Source: an uncultured Gemmatimonadales bacterium (lineage in GTDB: Bacteria > Gemmatimonadota > Gemmatimonadetes > Gemmatimonadales > GWC2-71-9). From it: a DNA stretch of 64,000 nt. This document shows positions 10,244 through 19,225 of the stretch, piece by piece. The translations under genes and the position numbers were made by a program. Positions within the stretch are counted from its first letter, which is position 1; each line of letters starts with the position of its first letter. The notes below the pieces were generated by a model. It made no database searches, was not told where the DNA came from, and saw only the letters and a program-made list of their open reading frames with translations. The DNA is taken from assembly GCA_963779755.1 (NCBI GenBank), contig CAVZZO010000001.1, positions 1,824,001 through 1,888,000 of the forward strand, given 5' to 3'.

Positions 10244-10312
10244 GACGCCAGGGGTGAGGCGTCGGGCGTGCCATGCCTCACCCCTCGCGTTTCACCCCTG
10301 GCGTCTCACGTC
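10244..10312. repeat. Short-repeat hairpin (GGGGTGA/GGCGT versus TCACCCC/CGTCTCA)
   Basis: gacgccaggggtga ... tcacccctggcgtc forms a perfect inverted pair, with extra degenerate units. Confidence 0.65.
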
Positions 10313-10382
10313 TTGACTCTCCTCTCCAGCCGATAAATCTTTCCCCGCCATTTTGTTACCCGATCACGCCGCCAGGAACCAC

Positions 10383-11438
10383 ATGCCCACGCCCGCGCCC
10401 GCTTCTGCGCCTCCGGCTCCTCCGGCGGGCCTCACGCGGGACCAGCTCCTCGAGCTCTATTACTACATGCGCCTGACCCGCTCGCTGGAAGAGCGGCTGG
10501 TGAATCTCTACCGGCAGACCCGCGTCATCGGCGGCCTGTTCCGTTCGCTGGGCCAGGAGGCGGACAGCGTGGGCAGCGCGTACGCGCTCGACCGCTCCCG
10601 GGGCGATTTTCTCTCTCCCCTCATTCGCAACCTGGGCAGCATGCTGGTCCAGGGGGCGACGCCGGTCGAGATCCTGCGCCAGTACATGGCCAAGGCCGAC
10701 AGCCCCACGCACGGGCGCGAGCTCAACATTCACTTCGGCGACCTCGAGCGCGGCTTCATCGGCCAGATCAGCCACCTGGGCGACATGGTCCCGGTCATGG
10801 CCGGCGTCACCCTCTATTTCAAGATGAAGCGGCAGCCGCGGGTGGGGCTGGTGTACGTGGGCGACGGCGCGCTCAGTACCGGCGCGTTCCACGAGGGGAT
10901 CAACTTCGCGGCGGTGCAGCGGCTGCCGCTGGTGATCATCGCCGAGAACAACGGCTATGCGTACACCACCCCGTCGCGGAAACAGACCGCCGCCCGCCGC
11001 CTCATGGACAAGGCGGAGGCGTACGGTATCCCGGGGCTGCAGGCGGACGGCAACGATGTGCTGGCGGTCTACGAAACCACCCGCGGCGCGGTCGATCGCG
11101 CCCGGCGCGGCGAGGGCGTTTCCTTCATCGAGCTCATCACCTTCCGGCGCAAGGGGCATGCGGAGCACGACAACCAGTCCTATGTGCCCAAAGAAGAGCT
11201 CGAGGCGTGGGAAAAGAACGATCCGCTCGATCGCTACATCGCGCGGCTCGTCGGCACCGGCTGGGCCGGCGCCGCCGAGCTGGAGGCGCTGGACCGGCGG
11301 GTGGAGGACGAACTGACCCGCGCGGTGGAAGCCTGCGAGAAGGAGCCGATGCCGGAGGGGACGACGGCGCTGGGAGGGGTGTACGCGGAGCCGGTGTCAG
11401 CAGAGCTGGAATGGTATCGAAGGCAGTCCGGGCGGTAG
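10383..11438 (+). CDS. 2-oxoacid (pyruvate/branched-chain) dehydrogenase E1 alpha subunit
   Basis: ThDP motif GDGA...ENNGYA, plus DGNDV and RRKGHAEHD. Confidence 0.92.
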   Translation: MPTPAPASAPPAPPAGLTRDQLLELYYYMRLTRSLEERLVNLYRQTRVIGGLFRSLGQEADSVGSAYALDRSRGDFLSPLIRNLGSMLVQGATPVEILRQYMAKADSPTHGRELNIHFGDLERGFIGQISHLGDMVPVMAGVTLYFKMKRQPRVGLVYVGDGALSTGAFHEGINFAAVQRLPLVIIAENNGYAYTTPSRKQTAARRLMDKAEAYGIPGLQADGNDVLAVYETTRGAVDRARRGEGVSFIELITFRRKGHAEHDNQSYVPKEELEAWEKNDPLDRYIARLVGTGWAGAAELEALDRRVEDELTRAVEACEKEPMPEGTTALGGVYAEPVSAELEWYRRQSGR

Positions 11439-11496
11439 AGGCGGGAGGGCGGTCCGCTGGTCCGACCGCCTGACCGCCTGACCGCCCGAGCCGCCC
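11431..11496. repeat. Octamer repeat hairpin (GGCGGTnn / GACCGCCT)
   Basis: ggcggtagaggcgggagggcggt ... gaccgcctgaccgcctgaccgccc. Confidence 0.7.
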
Positions 11497-11515
11497 AACC
11501 TGGAGCGCCTTTCGC

Positions 11516-12496
11516 ATGCCCGAAATCACCTATCTCGAAGCCATCCGCCAGGGTCTCTGGGAAGAGATGGAGCGGGATGAGCGGGTGTTCATCCTGGGCG
11601 AGGACGTGGGCGCCTACGGCGGGGCGTTCAAGGTCACCGACGGGTTTCTGCAGAAGTTCGGCGACTCGCGGGTGATCGACACCCCGATCAGTGAGGCGGC
11701 CATCGTCGGGGCGGCGGCGGGGGCGGCGCACATGGGCATGCGCCCGGTGGCGGAGATGCAGTTCATCGACTTCATCTCCTGCGCCTATGACATGCTCACC
11801 AACTATGTCGCCACCGCCCGCTACCGTGCCGGGCTGCCGACCCCCATGGTGGTCCGGGGGCCTTCGGGCGGCTACGTGCGGGGCGGCCCGTTCCACAGCC
11901 AGAACCCGGAGGCTGCCTTCCTTCATACCCCGGGGCTCAAGATCGTGGCGCCGGCCACCGCGCGCGACGCCAAGGGGCTCATCAAGGCCGCGGTGCGCGA
12001 TGACGATCCGGTGCTATACTTCGAGCACAAATACCTCTACCGGCGGATCAAGGAAGATCTCCCGGAAGGGGAGGAAATCCTGACACCGCTGGGCCAGGCG
12101 CGCCTCGCGCGCGAGGGGAGCGACCTCTCGATCATCACCTGGTCGGCCATGGTGTGGAAGGCGCTGGAAGCGGCCGAGCGGCTGGAACAGGAAGATGGGC
12201 TGCGGGTGGAGGTGCTGGATCTCCGCACCCTGATGCCGATGGACGACGCCGCCATCATGGCAACGGTGCGCAAGACCAACCGGGTGCTCATCGCGCACGA
12301 GGACACCCGCACCGGGGGCATGGCGGGCGAGATTACCGCCCGGATCAACGACCAGGCGTTCGAATGGCTCGATGCACCGGTCAAGCGCGTGGCGGCGCAC
12401 GATGTGCCGCTGCCCTACGCGCCGACCCTGGAAGATTTCGTGCTTCCGCAGACCGACGACCTGGTCGCGGCGGCGAGATGGCTGGCGAGATACTGA
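11516..12496 (+). CDS. 2-oxoacid dehydrogenase E1 beta subunit
   Basis: Motifs GEDVG, DTPISE, EMQFIDF, HSQ and FEHK. Confidence 0.93.
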   Translation: MPEITYLEAIRQGLWEEMERDERVFILGEDVGAYGGAFKVTDGFLQKFGDSRVIDTPISEAAIVGAAAGAAHMGMRPVAEMQFIDFISCAYDMLTNYVATARYRAGLPTPMVVRGPSGGYVRGGPFHSQNPEAAFLHTPGLKIVAPATARDAKGLIKAAVRDDDPVLYFEHKYLYRRIKEDLPEGEEILTPLGQARLAREGSDLSIITWSAMVWKALEAAERLEQEDGLRVEVLDLRTLMPMDDAAIMATVRKTNRVLIAHEDTRTGGMAGEITARINDQAFEWLDAPVKRVAAHDVPLPYAPTLEDFVLPQTDDLVAAARWLARY

Positions 12497-12501
12497 ACTG
12501 C

Positions 12502-12550
12502 GTGAGCAGGCGGCGGTAAGCGGGTCTCCCGCTCCCCGCTCCCCGCTCAC
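12502..12550. repeat. Heptamer repeat hairpin (CCCCGCT type)
   Basis: gtgagc...taagcggg / cccgctccccgctccccgctcac. Confidence 0.6.
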
Positions 12551-12568
12551 CGACGCGGAGCTTCAGGC

Positions 12569-13933
12569 ATGGCAACAACCGACATCATCATGCCCCAGAT
12601 GGGCGAGTCCATCGCCGAGGGGACTCTGTCCAAGTGGCTCAAGCAGGTGGGCGACGAGGTCAAGCGCGACGAGCCCATCTTCGAGATCTCGACCGACAAG
12701 GTCGACGCGGAGATCCCCTCGCCCGGGGCGGGGGTGTTATCGGAAATCCTGGTGCAGGAAGGCGAAACCGTCGCGGTCCAGACCGTGGTCGGGCGCATCT
12801 CCACCGACAAGGGCGCGGCGGCCCCCGCGCCCGCCAAACCGGACGCGCCGCCCAGGGCCGACGCCCCACCCAGGGCTGCGGCTCCCGCGCCCGCGCCGGA
12901 GAAGCCGACCGCTGCGCCGCCGCCCCCGCGTTCCGCCCCCGCCCCCGCGCCGGCGTCGGCGCCGGCCGCCGGTTCCCATGACAACGAGACGGCCGATGAG
13001 CGGCTGCGCCGCCGGTCCACCCCCCTGGTGCGCCGGATGGCGGCCGAGCACAACCTGGACATCGCCGAGATTCCCGGCACCGGGCACGCGGGCCGGGTGA
13101 CCAGGAACGACTTCCTGCAGTTCCTCGACAACCGGCCCGCCGCGGCGGCACCCGCCCCGGCGGCGGCCCGGCCCGCGGCCCCTGCCCCTGCCGCTCCGGT
13201 GGAGCACGCGCCGGTGGTGGAGCCCTGGCCGGGCGACCGGGTGGAGCCCTGGTCGAAGATCCGCAAGCTCACCGCGGATCACATGATCATGTCGCAGCGG
13301 GTGTCGGCGCACGTCTCGAGCTACTTCGAGGTGGACTTTACCATCGTGGCCCGGCTGCGCGCGGCGAAGAAGGCCGAATATGCGGGGCGGGGAGTGAACC
13401 TCACCTACATGGCGTTCATCACCAAGGCCGTGGCCGACAACCTGCGCAAACATCCGGTCGTCAACGCCGCCGTCTCGGGCGAGTCCACCATCTACCGCGG
13501 TGAGATCAACATCGGCATCGCGGTGGCGCTGGACTGGGGGCTCATCGTCCCGGTCATCAAACGGGCCGACGAGCTGTCGCTCATGGGGGTGGCGCGCGCC
13601 ATCAACGACCTGGCGGAGCGGGCCCGCAGCAAGAAGCTGAGCCCGGACGAAGTCCAGCGGGGGACCTTTACCATTACCAACCCCGGGGTGTTCGGCAGCG
13701 TGATCGGCTTCCCCATGATCAACCAGCCGCAGGTGGCTATCATGGGAGTTGGCACCATCGAGAAGCGGGCGACCGTGGTCACCCTCCCCGACGGCACCGA
13801 TGCCGTGGCGCCGCGCCTGCGCGGCATGATCTCCATGTCCTACGATCACCGTATCGTGGACGGGGCCGACGCCGACCGCTTCATGGCCGACGTCAAGAAG
13901 ACGCTCCAGGAGTTCCCGGAGCACGGCGTCTGA
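12569..13933 (+). CDS. Dihydrolipoamide acyltransferase (E2)
   Basis: Lipoyl domain (STDKV), Pro/Ala linkers, E3-binding domain (GTGHAGRVT) and catalytic DHRIVDGA. Confidence 0.94.
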   Translation: MATTDIIMPQMGESIAEGTLSKWLKQVGDEVKRDEPIFEISTDKVDAEIPSPGAGVLSEILVQEGETVAVQTVVGRISTDKGAAAPAPAKPDAPPRADAPPRAAAPAPAPEKPTAAPPPPRSAPAPAPASAPAAGSHDNETADERLRRRSTPLVRRMAAEHNLDIAEIPGTGHAGRVTRNDFLQFLDNRPAAAAPAPAAARPAAPAPAAPVEHAPVVEPWPGDRVEPWSKIRKLTADHMIMSQRVSAHVSSYFEVDFTIVARLRAAKKAEYAGRGVNLTYMAFITKAVADNLRKHPVVNAAVSGESTIYRGEINIGIAVALDWGLIVPVIKRADELSLMGVARAINDLAERARSKKLSPDEVQRGTFTITNPGVFGSVIGFPMINQPQVAIMGVGTIEKRATVVTLPDGTDAVAPRLRGMISMSYDHRIVDGADADRFMADVKKTLQEFPEHGV

Positions 13934-13934
13934 C

Positions 13935-14255
13935 ATGGCCCGCACGCTGAGCGTTTCCCGGGTGCGGGTCGTGCCGGAACGCGAGGGCGAATATCTGGCC
14001 ACGCTGGCGGCCCTGGCCGCGCTCCTCGGCCCCCGGGGCCAGCGTCTCTGGGTCTTCCGCAGCACCGCCGATCCCCGGCTCTTCCTGGAGTTCAGCGAGA
14101 GTCCCACTCCCATGTCTCACCGGCATCTGGCCTCCCGGACTCAGGAAGAGCTGCGGTTGGAGCAGCGGCTGCACCGGGTGGCCGATTACCAGGGCGACGA
14201 GGAACCGCTCTGGGAGGAAGTGCCGCTCAGTGCCAGCAATACACCGGAGAACTGA
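13935..14255 (+). CDS. Hypothetical protein (possible dimeric alpha/beta barrel)
   Basis: Tightly coupled ORF, 1 nt after the E2 stop. Confidence 0.7.
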   Translation: MARTLSVSRVRVVPEREGEYLATLAALAALLGPRGQRLWVFRSTADPRLFLEFSESPTPMSHRHLASRTQEELRLEQRLHRVADYQGDEEPLWEEVPLSASNTPEN

Positions 14256-14257
14256 AC

Positions 14258-14524
14258 GTGCCCAATCGCGTCATAGTGGTCGATGGCGAGTCCTGGACGG
14301 TCGAGCCCTCGGGCCGGACCACCCAGTATGTCCGCGATGAATTCAGCCTGCTCTTCACCCGCGGCCACGGCCCCGACCGGGAGCGCCGCGTCACCCGCTA
14401 TTCGCCCCCGGCCGCGCGCGACCCCGAGGGCTCGCTCGACGAGCTGACCGACCAGGAGCTGGGGCAGCTGCTGACCACCTCCGAACCCGCGTGGATTTCG
14501 CCGGAGACGGGATACCAGCGCTGA
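14258..14524 (+). CDS. Hypothetical protein
   Basis: GTG start after GGAG; coupled within the operon. Confidence 0.7.
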   Translation: MPNRVIVVDGESWTVEPSGRTTQYVRDEFSLLFTRGHGPDRERRVTRYSPPAARDPEGSLDELTDQELGQLLTTSEPAWISPETGYQR

Positions 14525-15375
14525 GCGGCGGGACGGTCGACCTCCACGTCCACTCCACCGCTTCGGACGGCAGCCTGGCGCCCGCCGCGGTGGTGGCCCG
14601 GGCCCGCGCGGCCGGGCTCGACGCGATCGCGCTGACCGACCACGATTCCCTGGCCGGCATCCCTGCCGCGCTGGAGGCCGGCGCCGCCGCCGGCCTGCGC
14701 GTCATCGCCGGCTGCGAGTTCTCGGTCGCCGCCTCCTGGGGCGAGATGCACGTGCTGGGCTATTTCCTCCCGTCCGGTGATCCCTCCCTGGAGTCCTTTC
14801 TCCAGCGCTGCCGTGACGACCGCCGCCGGCGAGCCGAAGAGATGGTCGTCCGGCTGCGGCGCTCCGGCGCGGCCCTCACCCTGGACGACGTGCTGCGCGA
14901 ATCGGCCGGCGGCGCCATCGGACGGCCGCACGTGGCGCGCGCCCTGGTGCGCCGGGGCATAGTGGCCGGCATCGACACCGCGTTCGAGCGCTTTCTGCGG
15001 CATGGCCGCCCCGCGTTCGTGGCCAAGCGGCTGCCGGCGTTCGCCGAGGTGGCCGGGCTGGTGCATGCGGTGGGCGGCCTGGTCGCGGTGGCGCATCTCA
15101 AGGAGCGCGGAACCCGGAAGCGCCTGGCCGGGTTCAAGGCACAGGGGCTGGATGCCGTGGAAACCCGCCACCCCAGTCATGATCCGGAAACCCGGGCCCG
15201 TCTCACCGATCTCGCGCTGGAGCTGGACCTCCTGCGGACCGGCGGCAGCGACTGGCACGGCGATCCGGCACCGCCGGCCACCAGCCATGCCTCGCTGGGC
15301 TCGCAGCAGGTGCCGCTGGCCTGGCTCGACCTTCTGGACGCCCGGCGTGCCGGGCCTCACCCGGTGGAACGATGA
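14491..15375 (+). CDS. PHP-domain phosphoesterase (YciV/TrpH-like); start may be CTG at 14521
   Basis: Motifs DLHVHSTASDG, LTDHD, HVLGY, GRPHVA and GGSDWHG. Confidence 0.9.
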   Translation: MDFAGDGIPALSGGTVDLHVHSTASDGSLAPAAVVARARAAGLDAIALTDHDSLAGIPAALEAGAAAGLRVIAGCEFSVAASWGEMHVLGYFLPSGDPSLESFLQRCRDDRRRRAEEMVVRLRRSGAALTLDDVLRESAGGAIGRPHVARALVRRGIVAGIDTAFERFLRHGRPAFVAKRLPAFAEVAGLVHAVGGLVAVAHLKERGTRKRLAGFKAQGLDAVETRHPSHDPETRARLTDLALELDLLRTGGSDWHGDPAPPATSHASLGSQQVPLAWLDLLDARRAGPHPVER

Positions 15376-15821
15376 GCACACCCCTTGCCACCGGCACCGC
15401 GGCTCCGGCGTTCGACGCCGAAGGGTCCGACGGGCGTCGGTACAATCTGAAGAAGCTGCTGGCGCGCGGCCCGGTGCTGCTGGTGTTCTACCCCATGAAC
15501 AACACCTCCGGCTGAAACCGCCAACTCTCCGCCGTGCGCGATGAGATCGAGCAGTACCGCAGTCACGGAGTACAGCCCTTCGGCGTCAATCCGGCATCGG
15601 TGGACGCGCATGCCTCCTATGCCGAACACCTGGAGCTGAATTTCCCCCTGCTGTCCGACCCCGGGCGCAAGATCGCCTCCGCCTACCAGGCCGCCCGCCC
15701 CATGGGCATGGGCGTCATCCGGACGGTGTACCTGATCGGGCAGGACGGAACCATTCGGTTCGCCCAGCGCGGCGCGCCGGGGGCCGAGGTGAGCCTGCCG
15801 GCGCTGGAAAGCGGGGACTGA
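15372..15821 (+). CDS. Peroxiredoxin (BCP/AhpC-TSA family), probable selenoprotein with in-frame TGA at 15513-15515
   Basis: MSTPLATGTAAPAF...VLLVFYPMNNTSG*NRQL...FPLLSDP...IRTVYLI. The TGA occupies the peroxidatic position of PxxxTxxC. The start overlaps the PHP stop (ATGA). Confidence 0.85.
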
Positions 15822-16543
15822 TGCCGACGACCTTCGACTTTTCGGGCAAGACGGTGCTGGTCACCGGCGTGGCGCGCCGGGGGCAGATCGGACACGCCGT
15901 GGCGCAGGCATTCGGCCAGAGCGGCGCCCGGCTGGTGGCGGCCGACCTGGATGCCGTGGCCGTGGCCGAGCGGGCGCGCGAGTTTGCCGCCGCCGGGCTG
16001 GAGGTGCGGCCCGTCGCCGGCGACCTGACCGAGCCCGATATTGCCGCGCTGGCGGTCGAGACGGCGGTGAAGCACTTCGGCGGGCTGGATGTGCTGGTGA
16101 ATGTGGCCGGCGGCCTGACCACCTTCGGGCCCCTGGGCCAGAGCACGCCCGACGGCTTCGAGCGCGAACTGGCCATCAACCTGCGGACGTCGTATCTCAT
16201 GTCCCGCGCCGCGCTCGATGCCCTCACCGCCCGCCACGGTGCCATGGTCAACTTCGCCTCGGCGGCGGTATATCATCCCGACCCCAACCTGGCCGTTTAT
16301 ACCGCGGCCAAGGCGGCGGTGGCCGGCTTCACCCGCAGCCTGGCGGTCGAGTTGCACCCCCGGGTCCGGGTCAACGCGGTGGCGCCGGGAATGGTGCGGA
16401 CCGCCGAGAATATCGCGTCGGTGGGCGAGAACGCGGCGTACGTCGAGATGGCCGATATCGTCCGCGCGGTGCTGTTTCTGGCCAGCGACGCCGCGGCCGG
16501 CATTACCGGGCATGTGCTGCCGGTGACGGCCCATCCGCTCTGA
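15821..16543 (+). CDS. Short-chain dehydrogenase/reductase (SDR)
   Basis: Motifs VLVTG..GQIG, NVAGG, YTAAK and VRVNAVAPG. Confidence 0.9.
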   Translation: MPTTFDFSGKTVLVTGVARRGQIGHAVAQAFGQSGARLVAADLDAVAVAERAREFAAAGLEVRPVAGDLTEPDIAALAVETAVKHFGGLDVLVNVAGGLTTFGPLGQSTPDGFERELAINLRTSYLMSRAALDALTARHGAMVNFASAAVYHPDPNLAVYTAAKAAVAGFTRSLAVELHPRVRVNAVAPGMVRTAENIASVGENAAYVEMADIVRAVLFLASDAAAGITGHVLPVTAHPL

Positions 16544-16574
16544 GCCGGGGCGCTCGCCCCGCTAGTTTTCCCCT

Positions 16575-17360
16575 ATGAATTCCGGTACCGACGCCCCGGC
16601 GGTGGAGAGCCCCGCCGGGGAGTATGTCCAGTTGGGCGAGGTCGTGGTGATCGGCGGCGGCTGCTACGGGACCTTCTATGCCCGCCAGCTCGAGGCCGCC
16701 CGCGAGCGGGGGAGCGCGGCCTTCCGGCGCCTGCTGGTGGTGGACCGCGATCCGGCGTGCCGCATGCGCCGTGAGCTGGGGGAGAATGATCGCCGCCGTC
16801 TGGTGATTCGCGACTGGGATGCGTTCCTGGGCGAGTGGCTGGCGGACGCGGCGCGCGAAGCCCCCGGTGCCCCGGACGTGATCGTTCCCTCGCCGCTCAT
16901 GCCCCACCTCATGTACCGCTGGCTGCTGCGACGCGCCCGGGAACGCTGGCCCGGCCGGGAAGTGGAGACCCGGCCGGTGCCGGCCGGGCCGGGCACGCCG
17001 TACGATCAGGCCGCCCCCGACCACACCCGCTACGTCTCCTTCGCCGACTGGATCTGTCCCACCCACTGCATCGAGCCGGCTCGCTGTCCCGTCATCCGCG
17101 GCCCCCGGACCTGGGAGATGAGCGAAGCCGCAGCCGCCCTGGTCCGCCGGCTTGCGCGGACCGGCCCCGTGGCGGGGCCGGTCCTCTTCCACTGCCGCCA
17201 CACCGTCTTCGGCGTGGGCACCTTTCCGGCCGCCCTGGTCCGCCAGGGCGACCGGACCGTCGCGGCAGCGGGAGCGGCGGGGACGGCCGTGGATGTGCTG
17301 GTGGGAACGGTTTCCTCCTGCCACGGTGCACTCAACCTGCTGCACCTGGGCGAGGCCTGA
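16575..17360 (+). CDS. Uncharacterised Rossmann-like protein with a Cys cluster
   Basis: Contains VVVIGGGCYG, CPTHCIEPARC and a C-terminal SSCHG. Confidence 0.75.
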   Translation: MNSGTDAPAVESPAGEYVQLGEVVVIGGGCYGTFYARQLEAARERGSAAFRRLLVVDRDPACRMRRELGENDRRRLVIRDWDAFLGEWLADAAREAPGAPDVIVPSPLMPHLMYRWLLRRARERWPGREVETRPVPAGPGTPYDQAAPDHTRYVSFADWICPTHCIEPARCPVIRGPRTWEMSEAAAALVRRLARTGPVAGPVLFHCRHTVFGVGTFPAALVRQGDRTVAAAGAAGTAVDVLVGTVSSCHGALNLLHLGEA

Positions 17361-17392
17361 AGCCGGGAACCGGCAGGGGTTCTATATTTGAA

Positions 17393-17412
17393 GCAACTGG
17401 CAACTGGCAACT
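17393..17412. repeat. Short heptamer tandem (GCAACTG, about 3 copies)
   Basis: gcaactggcaactggcaact in the trxB leader. Confidence 0.55.
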
Positions 17413-17449
17413 ATCGACCACCGATCTCCCTCTCTTTCTCGACTGTTTC

Positions 17450-18430
17450 ATGTCCCACGATCAGAACGCCCCCAGTTTCCATGATCTCGTCATCGTCGGC
17501 GGCGGCCCCGCCGGCCTCTGCGCCGCCATGTATGCCGGCCGCGGCATGCTGCGCGCGGTGCTGCTGGAGCGGGGCAAGCCGGGCGGCGAGCTGCTCAATA
17601 CCGAACTCATCGAGGACTATCCCGGTTTCGAGAGCATCCTGGGCCGCGACCTGGCCGAGCGGATGACGGAGCACGCCATCAAGTTCGGCGCCGATATCCG
17701 GCAGGAAAACGTGGATGCCATCCGGCGCCATCCCGAGGGCGGTTTCGAGATTACCACCTCGCTGGGCGCGGCATATCGCTCGCCCGCGGTCATTCTTACC
17801 GCCGGCGGCACGCCCAACAAGCTGGGGGTGCCGGGGGAGCTGGAATTCGCCGGCCGCGGCGTGTCCTATTGCGCCGTGTGTGACGGCGCGTTTTTCAAGG
17901 GCGAGACCATCGCGGTCGTGGGCGGCGGCGACGCCGCGGTGGAAGAGGCGGAGTACCTCACGCGCTACGCGGAAAAGGTCTACGTCATCCACCGCCGCGA
18001 CGCCTTCCGGGCCAGCAAGATCCTGCAGGACCGGCTGTTCGAAAACCCGCGCATCGAGGTGATCTGGAACCGCACGGTGAAGGAAATCCAGGGCGGCCCG
18101 GCCGGGGTAACCACGCTGGCGCTGGAGGACACGGTCACCGGCGAGGTGTCGGAGCTGGCGGTTGGCGGCGTGTTCATCTTTATCGGATTCACCCCCAATA
18201 CCGGCATCGTGAAGGAGCACGTAAACCACGATGCGGCCGGCTACCTGATCACCGACGAGCGCATGATGACCTCCGTTCCCGGCCTCTTCGCCGCCGGCGA
18301 CCTCCGGGTACAGCTCACCCGGCAGATCACCACCGCCGTCGGGGATGCCACCACCGCGGCCATTGCGGTGGAAAAATACCTGGCCGAACAGCGCAAGCGG
18401 CCCGACCGGGAGGCGGCCGTCGGTGTCTGA
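17450..18430 (+). CDS. trxB: Thioredoxin-disulfide reductase
   Basis: Motifs GGGPAG, GVSYCAVCDG, GGGDAAVEEA, HRRD and GLFAAGD. Confidence 0.95.
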   Translation: MSHDQNAPSFHDLVIVGGGPAGLCAAMYAGRGMLRAVLLERGKPGGELLNTELIEDYPGFESILGRDLAERMTEHAIKFGADIRQENVDAIRRHPEGGFEITTSLGAAYRSPAVILTAGGTPNKLGVPGELEFAGRGVSYCAVCDGAFFKGETIAVVGGGDAAVEEAEYLTRYAEKVYVIHRRDAFRASKILQDRLFENPRIEVIWNRTVKEIQGGPAGVTTLALEDTVTGEVSELAVGGVFIFIGFTPNTGIVKEHVNHDAAGYLITDERMMTSVPGLFAAGDLRVQLTRQITTAVGDATTAAIAVEKYLAEQRKRPDREAAVGV

Positions 18431-19070
18431 GCCTTTCGTGCTGCCGATCGTGAACGGCCAGCTGGTGGAGAACTGCTACCTGCTGGGCGATCCGGATTCC
18501 CGGGCGGCGGTCCTGGTGGACCCGGGCGAGGAGACCGCGCGCTTCGAGGCCGAGCTCGCGCAGGGAGGGTGGCGGCTCGAGGCCATCTGGCTCACCCATG
18601 CGCATGTGGACCACATCATGGGCGTGGGGCGCATCCGGGCGGCGCACCAGGTGCCCATCCTGCTGCACCCCGCCGACCGGCCGCTCTATGACGCGCTGCC
18701 GCAGCAGGGGGAATGGGTCGGGTTCCGCCTGGAAGCGCCGCCGCCGCCCGACGAAGAACTGCGCCACGGGCAGGTCCTCCGGGTGGGGCCCTGGCAGTGG
18801 GAAGTGCGCCATACGCCGGGCCATTCGCCCGGCAGCGTCAGCTTCCGCGGCCACGGCATGATCCTCGGCGGCGACGTGCTCTTCAGCGGGTCCATCGGCC
18901 GGACCGACCTGCCCGGCGGCGATACCGCCACGCTCTTCGAGTCGATCCACCGCGAGTTCCTCACGCTGGACGACGCCACCGTGGTGCACAGCGGGCACGG
19001 GCCCGCCACCACCATTGGAGCCGAGCGAACCTGCAATCCGTTCCTGACCGGGGCAATCCATGCCGGCTGA
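18423..19070 (+). CDS. MBL-fold metallo-hydrolase (glyoxalase II-like)
   Basis: Motifs THAHVDH, PGHSPG, GDVLF..SIGRTD and GHG. Confidence 0.9.
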   Translation: MSEPFVLPIVNGQLVENCYLLGDPDSRAAVLVDPGEETARFEAELAQGGWRLEAIWLTHAHVDHIMGVGRIRAAHQVPILLHPADRPLYDALPQQGEWVGFRLEAPPPPDEELRHGQVLRVGPWQWEVRHTPGHSPGSVSFRGHGMILGGDVLFSGSIGRTDLPGGDTATLFESIHREFLTLDDATVVHSGHGPATTIGAERTCNPFLTGAIHAG

Positions 19071-19218
19071 GCCGGGTTCGGCGCCTCGGCCGGTCGCCGG
19101 CGATCCGGGGCCGCGCTGCAACCGCTGCGGGTTTGAAGTCCGCGGCAAGCCCCGGGGGTGCAAGAATCCCTGTCCCAACTGCGGGACCGTCTACCCCCTG
19201 GGCGACTGCTCCGACTGA
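19060..19218 (+). CDS. 52-aa Cys-rich zinc-finger-like microprotein (not in ORF track)
   Basis: MPAEPGSAPRPVAGDPGPRCNRCGFEVRGKPRGCKNPCPNCGTVYPLGDCSD fills the gap between the MBL and GT4 genes. Confidence 0.75.
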   Translation: MPAEPGSAPRPVAGDPGPRCNRCGFEVRGKPRGCKNPCPNCGTVYPLGDCSD

Positions 19219-19225
19219 CCCACTC

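Noticed and set aside
12810..12975. Low-complexity GC repeats in E2
   Set aside because: These encode the ordinary Pro/Ala-rich interdomain linkers of E2 subunits.
15372..15515. Peroxiredoxin as a nonsense pseudogene or two separate ORFs
   Set aside because: The stop falls precisely on the catalytic residue and both halves are otherwise intact and coupled to neighbours. Recoding is more parsimonious, though not proven.
16835..17449. Long N-terminal extensions of TrxB; similarly NamZ, GT4, HemY, HemH, HemC and CarB in the ORF track
   Set aside because: They overlap real upstream genes in other frames and are low-complexity Arg/Pro/Gly sequence.
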